A stretch of DNA of 64,000 nt from Protoeuglena noctilucae (taxonomy: Eukaryota), in contig OY253669.1 of NCBI GenBank assembly GCA_958009085.1, positions 992,001-1,056,000 on the forward strand. The letters run 5' to 3'. The stretch's first letter is position 1; every line of letters begins with the position of its first letter. The position numbers were made by a program, and so were the translations under genes. This document shows positions 12,401 to 24,944 of the stretch, piece by piece. The notes under the pieces were generated by a model. It did no database searches, was not told where the DNA came from, and worked only from the letters and a program-made list of their open reading frames with translations.

Positions 12401-13590
12401 CGCGCCCGACGTTTTCCCGCCGGATCCCGTGCGAACACCAGACACGTCGTTCTCGGAGGGCCGGTCCAGGTCGACGCCTTCCAGCAGCCCGGAGATGTCC
12501 GGCGTGCCCGCCCTGCCCCTCCCTTCGGGCGAGAGCTCCCTCGGGGAAGCGCGGCCCTGGCGCCTCGGCGGTGGCCGGAAGCGAGACGGCCGCGGCGGAG
12601 ACGACGGGCCCCCGGGACTCTCCGGGCCCCTGCCGAGCGATCCACGAGATGCAGGCCTCGCAACCTCCTGCGGATGCGTCGGGGTGGCTGAGCTCGCCCG
12701 GCTGGCAGGCATGAGGTCAGACGGACATCCCCAGGCCCCGTAGCGCGAGAGAGGCGCACCGGCATCATGTCCAGCGCCTGTCCGAGGTGGAAGTAGCGGT
12801 AAACGTCCCACATGGCGGGCCCAGCACCGTCCATGTCAGCGTCTGCCTCCACCCCGCTGGGGTCGCCCCTGAGGGAGCCCTCGCTCTCATGATCCGTGTC
12901 CTCGTCGACGGCGCGCACCGCCACCCCGGGCGCCGTCCCGGACCGCACCGACGCCGGGGACAGTGGCGAGGCGTCTGCCATGCCCGGCAGGTCGGCGGCG
13001 CTGCGATGGGGCGACAGGGCGCTGTGGGCGACCGACACCCAGTCCGCAAGGAACATGCTCCCTGCGAAGGCGGCCGGGACTGCACGCTTGAGGCTCCATG
13101 TCGCGCCGCATGAGGCAGATCAGTTGATCACTGTGAAGCAGTGCATGTGCTTGCCTGGGCCACCCGAGCCCCTGCGCTGCGGGCGTCCGCGATCCGCGTG
13201 CTGCCCCTCCTCGGCCAAGGACGGCGCGCTCAGCTCCGCTTCCAGGTCGGGCCCTGACGCGTCTGGCTCAAGGGCAGACAGGGACGCGTCGATCAACGAG
13301 GCCAGGAGCAGCTCGCGCACTTTCCTGGCCATGCCCGAGTAAGGGGCCGCGGGACGCGGCGGGGTGCGCAGGACGGCCTCTGCGGCCCCGCTGTGGGCAG
13401 GTGAGCGAGGGGGTTGTATGGTGAGCGCGACTGAGGCTGGTGGCGCTGCCAGTGTGGGCGGCATTGCGTCATTAAATGGTGGGGCTCAGCATCAGCCCGG
13501 CCTGACGCACCTGTCGAAGAAGTCATCGCAGATTGCTTGGGCCTTCTGGTCCACTTCCTCCTGCGAGCGAGCCATCAGGGGCACCTTCAT
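9427..13590 (-). CDS. Uncharacterised large protein with one ~3-kb low-complexity exon
   Basis: Exons assembled in phase: MKVPLMARSQEEVDQKAQAICDDFFD|...KVRELLLASL...GGP|GSMFLADWVSV...WDVYRYFHLGQALDMMP|EVARPAS...(~1,000 aa)...PLELEVLLMSTL...|...LAKFSSWREKYRAYLSQA*. No family recognised. Confidence 0.6.
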
Positions 13591-14527
13591 GGTTCACGGA
13601 AAGGCGCACTGCGCACATGCATCATGGCCACTGCTCGGCTTGCCTTGGCGACGTTGCCGGTCCTGGAAGCCTCTGCCTCATCTGTCGGCGATGCCGAGGG
13701 CACAGCGCCTCTGCAAAGGAGCAGGGATGCGATGTGTCAACACGGCGCCTGCCTACGGCGCCATGCTCGTGGCACGTCGCGGCATGGACATGCGCCTCAC
13801 GTGATCTTGATGTCATCTGCAGTGGGCGGCGGCGTCTGCTGGGGCGGACCAGGCGCCGAGCGCTGCGGGCAAGGCGCACGGGCAGTGGTGGCTCTGTGTG
13901 TGGCGCAGGAGCGCGGATGGGTGGCCAGTCTCGGCGTTACCGGCTCACCGCTTTTGCGAAGACCGTTTCCCACGCGGGGAAGTTGTCCCTGTCGGACCTC
14001 TCGAACGGGGCGGGCGGGTAACGCAACATCGCGCGTCAAACGTTGCAAGCCCGCCGCTCCTCGCGTATGGCACTATACGCCGGCAGGGGAGGTGGACATG
14101 TACACGCGCTGAAAAGGAGCGGTCTTGCTATGTCCAAGGAGACGGCGGCCCTTTGTGCGACGAAAGCGCCCGAGACAGATGTGGCTATGCTTTTGAATGC
14201 ACAGCCGGCGCCCTTCGCACCTCGGGCGCCTCGTGGCGCGCCACCGCTGATCCCGAGTCACGGACAAGTCAAGCAATCCGTCGCTCCTCGCCACGGTCGA
14301 CAGCCCTTCTTACTCGGGGCCCCCACCCGTCAGTGCCGGTGCGTTGTGCCAGACCCGGGCGAGCACAGCCTGCACCCACCGGCCAAGCGCGGCGCCAGTC
14401 TCCTGACATCCTGCGTGATAGCCAGTTGGACTGCGATTGGAAAAGCGGCGAGCATCGCGGCGGAGAGGGTTGCCTGCAGCGGAGCCAAGTGAGGGCCAGT
14501 TGGCCGGGATCGTCGCTCGAGAGCGGG

Positions 14528-16509
14528 ATGTTGTCGCGCGCGTCGCGCCACGCGCTGCATGCGGGGAGGTCCCTCCTCGGACTCCCGGCGGGGCTGGCGC
14601 AGGCCCGGTTCCTCAACATCCACGAATACCAGGTGACGTGCATCTCTCATCTTCGTAGACTCCATCGCATGCCGCGGATGCGGCCGCGCGCGCCTCGGCG
14701 CGGGTCGTAACGGTCAATGCACGGAAGGCCGTTCCGAGCGCGCCAGGCTCCCCTCCCTGCACCCCCGCGACGTAATCTCCGCGCGCTTTGGTCCCTTGGC
14801 TCTTGGGGAGAGACGTGCCGTGCGCTCCCGGGCCTCGCTTGCGCCGGCGTGGGTCTCGACACCGCGGGACCTCGTCGTGGCCTCCCGCTGTCGCTCTGGA
14901 GCCCCGCCCGCGATGCCTGTGCCACGACTCGTACAACATATGTACTAGTATCTTCTCGCGCTGCCGCACTCGTCCCAGCTTCCCCCCTGGCGCTGCAGGG
15001 CGCCAAGTTGATGAGCGAGATGGGCATCTCGGTGCCGCCGGGGACACCTTGCCAGACGATCGATGACGTCAAAAACGCAGTCAAGGTGCGGCGCACACGA
15101 CCCCGTACGTGCCAGCCAGGGATCCCTTGCGGCGAACCCAGCCCGGACCTTTGACCCCTGGACCCGCACTCCCTTGCAGCACTTTGAGGACAGCGGCGAG
15201 GAGTCCGTGGTGGTCAAGTCGCAGATCCTTGCCGGGGGCAGGGGTATGGGGACCTTCAAGAACGGCCTGCAGGGCGGCGTACACATCACCAAGCCCTCGG
15301 AGGCCGTGGCGCTCGCCAAGCGCATGCTGGGGCAAGTGTTGGTGACCAAGCAGACGGGGCCGGCGGGGAAGCCCGTCAACACGCTCTTCCTGGTCAAGAA
15401 GATGACTTTCGCGCGGGAGATGGTGAGACCACTGGGTGGGCGGCAGGGAACGCCCGTGCCTGTTTGCGTGCCTTGCCCACGCCGGCGTGCACGTTGCCAA
15501 CCACCGGCCACGCTGTTCTCCTTGACGAGTGCTTGCTCGTTCGCGGGTAGGTGCCCGAGTCAGGGAAGTCCCTTGTCGCCCGCAGTACTTCGCCATCCTG
15601 CTGGACCGCAAGGCGGGTGGCCCCGTCATCATCGCCTCGCCTGAGGGCGGCATGTCCATCGAGGAGCTGGCGGAGAAGCACCCGGAAAAGATTGTGCGTG
15701 TTCCCGTCAACATCACGGAGGGCATCACGCACGCGCAGGCGGCGGCGGTGGTGGACGGGCTCAAGGTCCGGGGCAACCGGGACGAGGCCATCAAGATGGT
15801 GTCCAACCTGTACCGCCTGTTCACGGAGAAGGACTGCACGCTGGTTGAGATCAACCCGCTCGCCGAGACCCGGGACGGCAAGCTGGTGGCCGCCGACGCC
15901 AAGCTGGGCTTCGACGACAACGCGGCGTTCCGCCAGAAGGACCTTTTCGAGATGAGGGACGAGTCGCAGGAGGATCCCCGCGAGGTGGCGGCGAGCAAGC
16001 ACGATCTCAACTACATCGGACTGGACGGCAGCATTGGGTGCATGGGTGAGCGCACGGGGCGCGGGATCTGCGCGGGCCCTGCGTGAGCCTGCGCGGCGGC
16101 CGAGCGCAGCAGCTCTGCGCTTCCGCCTGCAGTGAACGGCGCCGGGCTGGCCATGGCCACGATGGACATCATCAAGCTGCACGGGGGCACCCCCGCCAAC
16201 TTCCTCGACGTCGGTGGGTCTGCCTCTGAGGGGCAGGTGGTGGAGGCTTTCAAGATCCTCACGTCCGACCCGCGCGTCAAGGCCATCCTTGTCAACATCT
16301 TCGGGGGCATCATGAAGTGCGACGTCATCGCCTCGGGCATCGTCAACGCCGCCAAGCAGGTCGGCGTCCCTGTGCCCCTGGTCGTGCGCCTTGAGGGCAC
16401 CAACGTGGCCGCCGGGAAGAAGATTCTCAAGGAGTCGGGCCTGAACATCACGACGGCGGACGACCTGGACGACGCGGCGAAGAAGGCAGTCGGGGCGATG
16501 CGCAAGTGA
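14528..16509 (+). CDS. Succinyl-CoA ligase beta subunit, mitochondrial
   Basis: Presequence followed by [95 protein letters not shown]. Five exons. Confidence 0.95.
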
Positions 16510-16820
16510 CTTGCGGCGATGCGCAACTGACGCCGGCGGCACTTGAAACAGACTCCACAGCCGCTGGAATGAGCTGAAATGCGCGCCGCTGCTGTCGTCT
16601 GCGAGGAAGCCACAAAGGACCACGCGCGTAGTTGCCAACCTTGCTCTCCTGAGCTGGACAGCGTCATCATAAGTGCTGTGGCAGGGCATCCGCTGCGACT
16701 GTGCCGCTTTCTCCACCACCTGCGGGTCCACGCTTCTTTGAGAAGAACGCTGGGAGAGCGGGCGCGCTAGTCGCGCTGGGGGCGGTCCCCGCGAGCCCTC
16801 GCTGTGCAGCGCTCTAAGCA

Positions 16821-18434
16821 ATGACCCGCGACGAGCGGGCGCCCATCTCGCGGCCGACGGATGCCGTCTTCACGACGTCGGAGGTACCTGAGCGGTACGA
16901 CAAGCCGTGCTCGATCGGCCACTGGCAGCTGCGCGACCTCATGCACTTCGACGGTGAGTTTCCCCGGCGCTCGGCCCGCCGCCTGGCGCTCAAGGTGCAT
17001 CGGCAGTTGTGTATGGCGTCTGTCCTCCCCGCAGACACGGGGGACGCCGTCTACGTGTGCCATTCGCGCGAAGTGCAGCGATACAGTTTTAAGAACAAGC
17101 GGACGACGCCGACGATGGTTCTCGGATGGGTCGCGACGAGCATGGCAGTTCGGTGAGGTCGCTACGAGGACGGCACTTTGGTAGGCGCTTCGCTGTTCCC
17201 TCTGCCTGGCCCCTAGCTGGCCTGGTTGGGTCCTGGCCCAGTCGGCGTGAACGCCGCTGCCGCACTGTGTCGCAGATACGGCTACGTTGCGGCGGGGAAC
17301 CAGGCCTCGGACGTGAAGATATGGTCCACCATGGAAGGCAAGGTCATATACGAGGAGCGCATCAACTCGGGCAGGTGGGCCGTTGCAAGGGGGCTGCTGG
17401 CAAGGTGTACCTGAAGCCCCGTGCTGCTGGGACTGACAGGCTTCGACTCCTGGCGCATCGCAGTGTCAACAACGCGATGCACTTCTCCCGGACGCCCGAC
17501 GCGCTGGAGCTGCACGTGTGCAGCAACGACTGTGTGGTGCGGACCTTCCAAGTCAGCGAGAGCCAGGACACGTGGGGTGCAGAGCGGCGCGTCCGCCTGG
17601 TGAGTGGTGCGCTGGGGAGAGTAGGCGCCGTCCGCGGGGGCGCCGACCCGACACGGTGCCGAATGTTGGCGAAGAGGGCATCGCGAGTCTCTTGCCCGGC
17701 CAGCCCGCAGGCGCAAGCGACGCAGTTTGAGACGCCCATCAACTACGCCGCCGTGTCGCCCGACGGGCGGAGCATGTGCTGCGTGGGGGACAACCGCGTG
17801 ACATTCCTGGCAGACCGGCGGGAGAGCGGCGAGTGGGAGATTACGCGGTGAGTCACGGGCATCCGGAGCGTCGCCTGGCTGCCTGCCGTGTGCGGGCATG
17901 GGTCGGTCAGCGTCCGTCACCACCCCTGCAGGTCGTTGAAAGAGTTCGCCGACGCGGGCATGATGTGCGATTGGAGCCCCCAGGGCAAGATCTTTGCCGC
18001 CGGCGCCCAGGACGGGAGGTGCATGGTGTGGGACGCCCGCGACCGTCGGCTCGTCGCCAGGTACACGGTGCAGAACGCGGTGCGGTCGGTCAAGTTCAGC
18101 AGCAGCCCGATGGACCTGCTGGCTTTCGCGGAGCAGGAGGGGCGGGCCCACCTGGTCGACACGCGCATGCTCGACAAGAAGCAGGCGAGTCGGCGATGGG
18201 CACGCGCGCATGGGATGCTGGGAGTCGATGCAAGTCGAGACGATGCATCTGGACGTGTGCTCGCAGGTGCTCAAGCTGCCAGCGAGTGGGGCGAGCACGC
18301 GGGAGAACATGGTGGCAGGAATGCACTTTGCGCCGGACGGGACGAGGCTCGCGCTCGCATGCGAGGCGGGTATTTCGGTGTGGGACGTCGACACGTCGAC
18401 GCGCAGGACCTTCTCGGACGCCGAACTGCTCTGA
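16821..18434 (+). CDS. DUF2415-type WD40-repeat protein (Gid11/YLR149C-like family)
   Basis: SIGHWQLRDL motif near the N-terminus; SVNNAM; CSND; AAVSPDG...VGD; WSPQG.IFAAGAQDG...VWDAR; AVRSVKFS...DLLAFAEQ.GRAHLVDTR. Seven exons; the last intron is GC-AG. Confidence 0.8.
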
Positions 18435-18820
18435 TATTGCTGGGGGAGCCCTCGTTAGGTCAAGCAGGGCAGCCCGCGAGCGTGGCGCTTGCCGCTGCGC
18501 AGGTCCGAGTCCCACGCGGTCTAAGGAAGGTTTGAATTCGTGTGGCCATGCCGGCAGGGCGCAACTCGCACGCAGGACGGCGCGCCAGCTGGCGGTCTTC
18601 TGTCGAACTCCGCGTCAGATTCGGGACGCGGGCCGCGTCTCCAAACTTGCCTGCTTCATGCTGGGCGTTCTCACTTCCATAGACAGCACAGGGACGTGAT
18701 GAACAAATGCTTTCAGCAATGCAGCGGCAAAGCACTCTTGGCAGTTTGGCGGATCGCGTGGGGGAGCCCTGCGCGTCTGGACGCGTCGCGGCGGCAATGG
18801 AACTCAGCACGTCTTTAGAC

Positions 18821-19559
18821 ATGTCCTGCGCAGACACCCTGAGCATGGTCGACGAGGTGCGCTGAGAGAAATAATTCTCTGCCTCGTCGCCCCTCGCCAT
18901 AGGATCCCTGTTATCCGTCGTTAACGAGTTCATACTTCAAATTCTATGCAGGCTCTCGAGTCGCCGAGCGAAATCCTGCGCTGGGAGCGAGCGGTGGCCG
19001 CGCTGACGGGGTGCGCATTGCGTAGGATCCAAAATCCGTACTCGCGATTTAAGGAGGACCTTCAAGACGCGCGTCCTGTTCCATGCTCCGTGAGCTCGCG
19101 CAGGTGGGTTGCTGCCGGGGCCGCGCGGCGCTGGACGAACATTGTCGACTCCACGGCACGCTGCCGTGTGGCGCGGCGAGCCGACAGCGTTTCACGGCCC
19201 ACATTCGCGTCCCCCGCAGCCTTCGTGTTTACCCGGAGGATGACGGCCTCTTCAAGTGCGGATCTACTGCCTTGCGGTCCTCCCAACGGAAGGTGAGCCA
19301 TGCGCAATGTGCCGCAGTAAATCATGCGCATCCCAATGCTTCGATTGGCTTTCCAAGCGCGAACCTCGCATCACGGCTCTTTCCTCTGCAGATCTCTCGG
19401 ACCCCGTCGCGACTGGGCATGGGCGCCAAGAAGATCGATGCCAGCAGCGCCCGCACCATCTCTGTGGACGGGGGGAGCTCGCGCAGCCTCGACTGCGCGG
19501 GGGACAGCGCCCGGAGCATCGTCATGCCCGAGGTCCTCGAGGATGTCAGCACGGTGTGA
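18821..19559 (+). CDS. Hypothetical small multi-exon gene
   Basis: Several plausible GT/CAG splice pairs (e.g. donors near 18858 and 19293) and a GC3-rich terminal exon (ISRTPSRLGMGAKKIDASS...EDVSTV*). No recognisable domain; exon joining is ambiguous. Confidence 0.3.
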
Positions 19560-19759
19560 CTATTCCTGTTCACACACCCCCAGATGAGAGTTTTTTGCGA
19601 GTCCCAGACGGCAACCTGCCAGTGAGATACAACTCTAGAACGGACGCCAGGCCGTGTTGATGGATGTCGACACGCGCCCTTACCCTGCTAGCCGCCCTGC
19701 TAGCCGCTAGCTGGTAGCCCCTTTCCCTATAGCCACCTCTTCCTAGCTCTAGCTCCCCA

Positions 19760-21624
19760 TCAGGACGCCTTGTAGTCGTCAATCGCGCGCCTCATTCTCT
19801 GCACCGCAACCGCCAGCCCCTCGGCACGGGCCACCCACAAAAAGCAGACGCGGAAGAACCCAGGAGCCTCGGCTTGCGTCGCACGTCCGGGGGTGATGAT
19901 GAGGCGGTACTTCCTCGCCATCACCGCCCACAGCGCATGCTCCTCCTCCCACGTGGGCTCCTTAAGCACCGTCCTGCGTGCACCAAGTCAGGCGTCATTC
20001 TTCGCTGCGCCATTGCACAGTTGTCACTCCCGCGCTCGCAAGGAACGCCGACTTGCCTGAGGTCGATCCAGCAGAACATGGACCCTTGAGCCGGCACGTA
20101 CCGGATGCCTTCTCGCCGCAGCGCCTCGGTCAGCAGGTCCCACGCTCCCCTGACGTGCTTACGCGTACCCTCTGCGCCCGTAGCACGCGGGCGACATCAA
20201 TCGCATCGCCGGCGACATCGCACCCGTCATCTCTCCGAAGCGACTCAGGCCCGTCACCCTCACCAAGGAACGATTGGACCCAGGGCAGGTCGGCAAGTAC
20301 CGTGGCGATGGTCCACTGCGCGAGGTTGCTGACTGCCCCGAAGTAGCTGAGGTTGTTGAGTGCGTTGTGGATGCCCTCGTTGCGGGTGTGGAGCACCCCG
20401 ACGCGGAGGCCGGAGGCACAGAAGTCCTTGGAGAGGCCGTAGATGACGTGCACGAGGTCGTCGACGGCGCGGGCATCGCTGGGAGACGCCTGGGTTGGGC
20501 GGGAAAGCAGGACTTGAGGAGAGAGCCGTGGCAGTCGGTTCCATCAAGGGCACACCGAGTGTGGTCCAGTAACAGGTCTCCATTGCCTGGCAGAAGCCAA
20601 GCACACCACTGCACCTGCTTGCACTGCTGGGCCACCGCCAGGGCGCTCACGAACGCGGGCCCCGCTCCCTCGTCCGTGTTGAACACCGAGTTGGCGTAGA
20701 TTTCGTCGGATATGAAGTGGCACGAGCGGCCGACGCACCACCGCAGCAAGGCCTCGACGACGGCCACCGAGTACACGCGGCCGATGGGGTTGCCTGGGTT
20801 GGCGACCAGCAGGCCCCTGACCCTGCGCCCCTCTTTGCGCTCCACCTCAGCCGCCCGGTCCTCCAGCTGCCGCACCGCCTCTTCAGGCGAGAAGGCCGCG
20901 GCATGGTTGCGGTCAATGTCGCTGGACAAGAAGACGGGCTCGGCCCGCACCCCGCAGCGGATGGCCAGGTCGTTCTCGAACGCTGCGCGAAGTGACGGCG
21001 TTTGCCAATCGACTGTTGGCCCATGGGGTCAGCCTCACCCGCACCCTCCGTCTCACGTCACGCTAGGGGCAGAGACAGGCACCCGCCCAATCTCACCGGG
21101 GTAGAAAGGAGCAGGGACCAGGATCACGTCGCCCGCATCACACACCAGATGGATGAGCTGGTCGATCACAGCCCCGCAGCCGGAGGCCACGTGCAGGTGC
21201 TCCGGCAGCACAGGGACCTCCCCACGGACAAAGGTCTTCTCCATCAGCCAAGCCACGGCCGACCGCATCTCGACGATGCCCTTCATGTTGTTATATCCCA
21301 ATAACTCGACGGGCATCGGTGACTCGGTGGCTGCCCTTGCCAGGCGCTCTGCCAAGGGGCCGCGGCATTGGCGATTCTCCGCTATCGTTAGCGATATGTA
21401 GCCCTGAGGAGAGGGTACGCAGTGCGTTGCGACGCCGCAGTGGGAAGGACGCTGCCGCACGCGCTCCGCAACACCTGCGTGTGCACAGCAGCCGCTTCCT
21501 GGGCCGCTCTCGCCTCAGGGTTGCTGATAGGATCATATTGATCACTGAGAGACTCGATGTGGATGCTCATGTACGGCAGCGACGGCTGCGTCGCGCGCGA
21601 GGACCTGCACAAAGAGGACGACAT
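19760..21624 (-). CDS. ACC-synthase-like class I/II PLP-dependent aminotransferase/lyase
   Basis: YDPISNPE|GYISLTIAEN, PAPFYP, NPGNPIG, ISDEIYANSVF, HVIYGLSKDF (PLP lysine) ...GLRVG, MFCWIDLR, PGFFRVCF match the conserved ACS-family boxes. Confidence 0.85.
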
Positions 21625-21871
21625 AGACGTCACGGATTTATGAACATCCACAGTGGCCTCCGCACCCCCATGGCTCCCCGCGGCTCCCACCTCTCCGACA
21701 GACCATGATCCATGACTTCCTGGACGCCGCAGCGCGGATCGCGCGCAAATTAAGTGGATGCCGACCCACAGACCAGCCAAGACGCGAACTTTCAACCTTC
21801 GCACACACACGAGCCTATCAGAAGATGCTAGTTTGCTATTACTGTCCACAGTCACCCCAGTCTCCTGCCCT

Positions 21872-24374
21872 TTACCCCTGCGGCATGACGGGGATTGCCC
21901 CCCGCGTCGGGTCGACCATCTCCTTCCCCACCGTGTCCCTGGACCCCGACCCGCGGTGGGGCATGCACACGCCGTGCGCGTCCTGCAACGAGGGGCCACG
22001 ACACGGTCAGTCGAGGCAGCCACACTTGCAGCGCCCACCGCATATGCTGCGCATGTCGAATCAGCGGCCTGTGCCGCACCTTGTAGTGGACAGCCCCGGA
22101 CTTGTGGTACTCGTCCCAACATTCGATGTCCCCGGTGGCCCTATTGATCATCTCGACGAGCCGCACCGTGAGCTCGTTCTGGCACCCCGCCGGGGGTGGC
22201 TGGGAGAAGACGGGCGGGGGTCTGGCCGACCAGTCCCGCTTGTCCCAGTGCCAGAAACCGACCTTGCCGGGGACGAAGCGCCCGGCCTCGTCGAAGTCCT
22301 GCCCGAACGTGTAGTGGAGGATGTCAAACGGCGCGAGCTTCTCGTCAAAGGGCGGCTGGGCCATGAAGTCTACGTCCAGGTCGAACTCGCCCAGCCCCTG
22401 CTCGTAGCACGTCATGGCGAAGGCGTACATCTCCTGCACCCACCCCCACTCCTTGTTCGCCTCCTTGTCCCTGCGACGGGGACGAGCGCGACGTGACATC
22501 AGTGGGCGCTCCCTACGAGAGCGAGGCTGCCTCTCGTCTCGAGAGCAGCCGCAGCCCTGTCGTCACCTGTACACGTCGAGCGCCATGTCGTACCAGGCGG
22601 GTGCCACCTTCTGCAAGTCCTCACGAGACAAAAACGTCGGGGCATTGCCCACCGGTGCGATCTTCTCCAACTGCAGACAGCAAGGCGGATTCTGTCTCCG
22701 TTCAGTCAGGTCATCACGTGAGTCGACCTTGGGTCCCAATGCAGCGTCGGGTCTGGGAGGTGGGACGAGCACGGATGGGCACACGGTGCGCTCATGAGGG
22801 TGAGCTAGAGGTTGCGAGGCTCGCAGCGGCACACCTCCTTCAGCGAGACGTCGCCCACGAAGCGCCGAGCGATGGCCTGGTACTTGGGATCGTTGGGGGC
22901 GATGTAGAAGAACGGGAACGCGAAGGGGCGCTGGCCTCGCATGCGGTTGGGGAGTGGCCGTAAAAGGATGTGGTCCGGCTCAGCCATCAGGACGTACCGC
23001 TCCGTGATGCGTGCTTTCTCTGCGGTGCACGCACGAGCGCGTGGGCCACAGCCGCGTGTGCCAGGGCGCGGCCGCATCATGTCCGCGTTACCACACCTGT
23101 CCACTGCTTGATCGCGAACGGACGGTTCAGCACCACATACGAGGTGTTCTCCACGTCTGGAGGGATGGGGTCCACCACGAAAGTGGGGATCTCGTCCACT
23201 GCGGGGCATCATCGATGGGCGATGGATGTGAGACAATTGCAAATGCAGACACAACATGCGTGCTCTGGCGCACCGCACCTAGGTCGTCCGGCTGCCCCGA
23301 GTGCAGGAGGCGCGTGTAGGTGCCCATCTGGCAGGCGTCGCCCTGCTCCTCCAGGCACTTGGCCTTCATCACGCGCCACCAGAAGTAGTTGATCCGCGCC
23401 TGCCAGTGCGTCGCCTGGCCCTGCGCCGTGATCACGTAGTGATACTTGCGCTCCGCGTCCGTCTCGTCCAGGGCGCCGATGCTGTCGTAGAAGCCGGGGT
23501 CGAATGGGTCGTTCGCAACCGGCAGGAGGCCCGACGTCCACCCAACGCCGTCGCCCTCGGCCCGCGGGCGCGAGGCCGTCGGGTGCGCGAGGTGCTTGAG
23601 CCAGCACTCGTGGAACTGAGGGCCGCACAGGCGCTCGTCCCCGCACCACACCCACACGTTGCAGAGGGGCGCGTCCGGCCCACCCGGGACAAACTCCTGG
23701 CACGCCGCGCAGCACTCCTGCCACGTCGACACCTTGTGGTCCGCGCCCCACCGCACCACGTCGCCCCAGAACTCGGAATGGAAGCGCACGCCGCACGGCC
23801 CGCCCTGCTCCGCTGGCGAGGCGGGGCGGGTGGCAATGTCCAAGGACGGCGGAAGTGCCCCAACAGCAGGTGCCCTCTTCTGAGCCTCGGCCGTTGGGGT
23901 GGCTGCCCTCCCGGAACCAGCCCTGGCGTCGGCCCCGCGGCTCCTGCGGGCAATGGCGAGGCGCGGCATGCAGGGCAGGAGGGGCGGCGCGCGTTGCAAC
24001 TGTGCACGGCTGCGCGCTGACCTCTCAAAGGTGCTGCGCAGGTCGTCGGAGGTTCCAAGCGTCAGCGACCGGCCCTGCTGGATGGCTCGCGAATGGTGGT
24101 GGGCCAGCACACCTGCCAGCTGCCTGCGTGCGCGCGGGCCAGGGACGTCGGGAACGCCAGCGATGTGTTTCGACGAGATGTATCAAGTGCGCGGCTGCAG
24201 GCATGCGCACCTCATGTTCAGGAGGAGGAAGGTCACGCAGAAGGCGGTCAGGCCCGCGATCATGGGCCCCTGACGCAGTGCCGCCCAAATGTGCTTCATC
24301 TTGCGGGCTGCATCGGATGCCAGTGCCACGAAGGCACCGCCGTCAGAAGCAGACGGCTTCCCGGGGGGCGTCAT
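21872..24374 (-). CDS. Hydroxyproline O-arabinosyltransferase (GT95, HPAT-like) with N-terminal TM and PAN/Apple domain
   Basis: TM segment IAGLTAFCVTFLLL; Apple-like ECCAAC...CNVWVWC...CWLKH; GT95 motifs WQARINYFW, TRLLHSGQPDD, YVLMAEPDH, FPFFYI, GNAPT, WGWVQEMYAF, QPPFD, ILHYTFG, WHWDKR. Confidence 0.88.
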
Positions 24375-24710
24375 GCGCGGTGCATCTTGTCGCCCCTAAC
24401 TGCCTCCCTGCCTCCCCAAGGGCCCCCCAAACCGCCCGGATGCTGACCGGGTGATCCAACGTTTACGCCCCGATACGTCCAGCACCCAGAGCGTCTCTAC
24501 TTCCTCCCGACAGAGTGGGAATTAGATGCGCTGCTCATGCAAGCAGGCGGGGCATGAAATTCGCTGGTTATCTCGGGCCATCCCACGCGCATCGGCTTCT
24601 GTCATCGCTTCTTTTTCACACCTGAGGGACTGGGAGTCCAGAAAGCGCGCCCGGGGCACGGGCGGTGACACGGAACCACTGGCGCGCGGCGTGCGGACTC
24701 GCCAGAGCCT

Positions 24711-24718
24711 TTTGGCGC
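24711..24718 (+). promoter_or_regulatory. E2F-like motif TTTGGCGC upstream of SMC2
   Basis: Exact TTTSSCGC match ~230 bp 5' of the SMC2 ATG; a short motif in a GC-rich genome. Confidence 0.3.
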
Positions 24719-24944
24719 ATGTCGCTCGTCGCGCCGCAGTCCACTCGTTCAACCTGTGGTCGTATGTCACCAGGCGCGGCTGGCTCTTTGCGTGTCAGTC
24801 GCCTCGTGTCCCGCGCCGGTCTCTCGTGGGCCGATGGTGCCCGCTTGAGTCGCTGACATCCCCTTCTTTTAGATATCCGACCCGCGTCTCGGACGCGCGG
24901 GCGCTCGACCGCCTCCGGCGACGGTGTAGACAGGGAGGGGGGAA

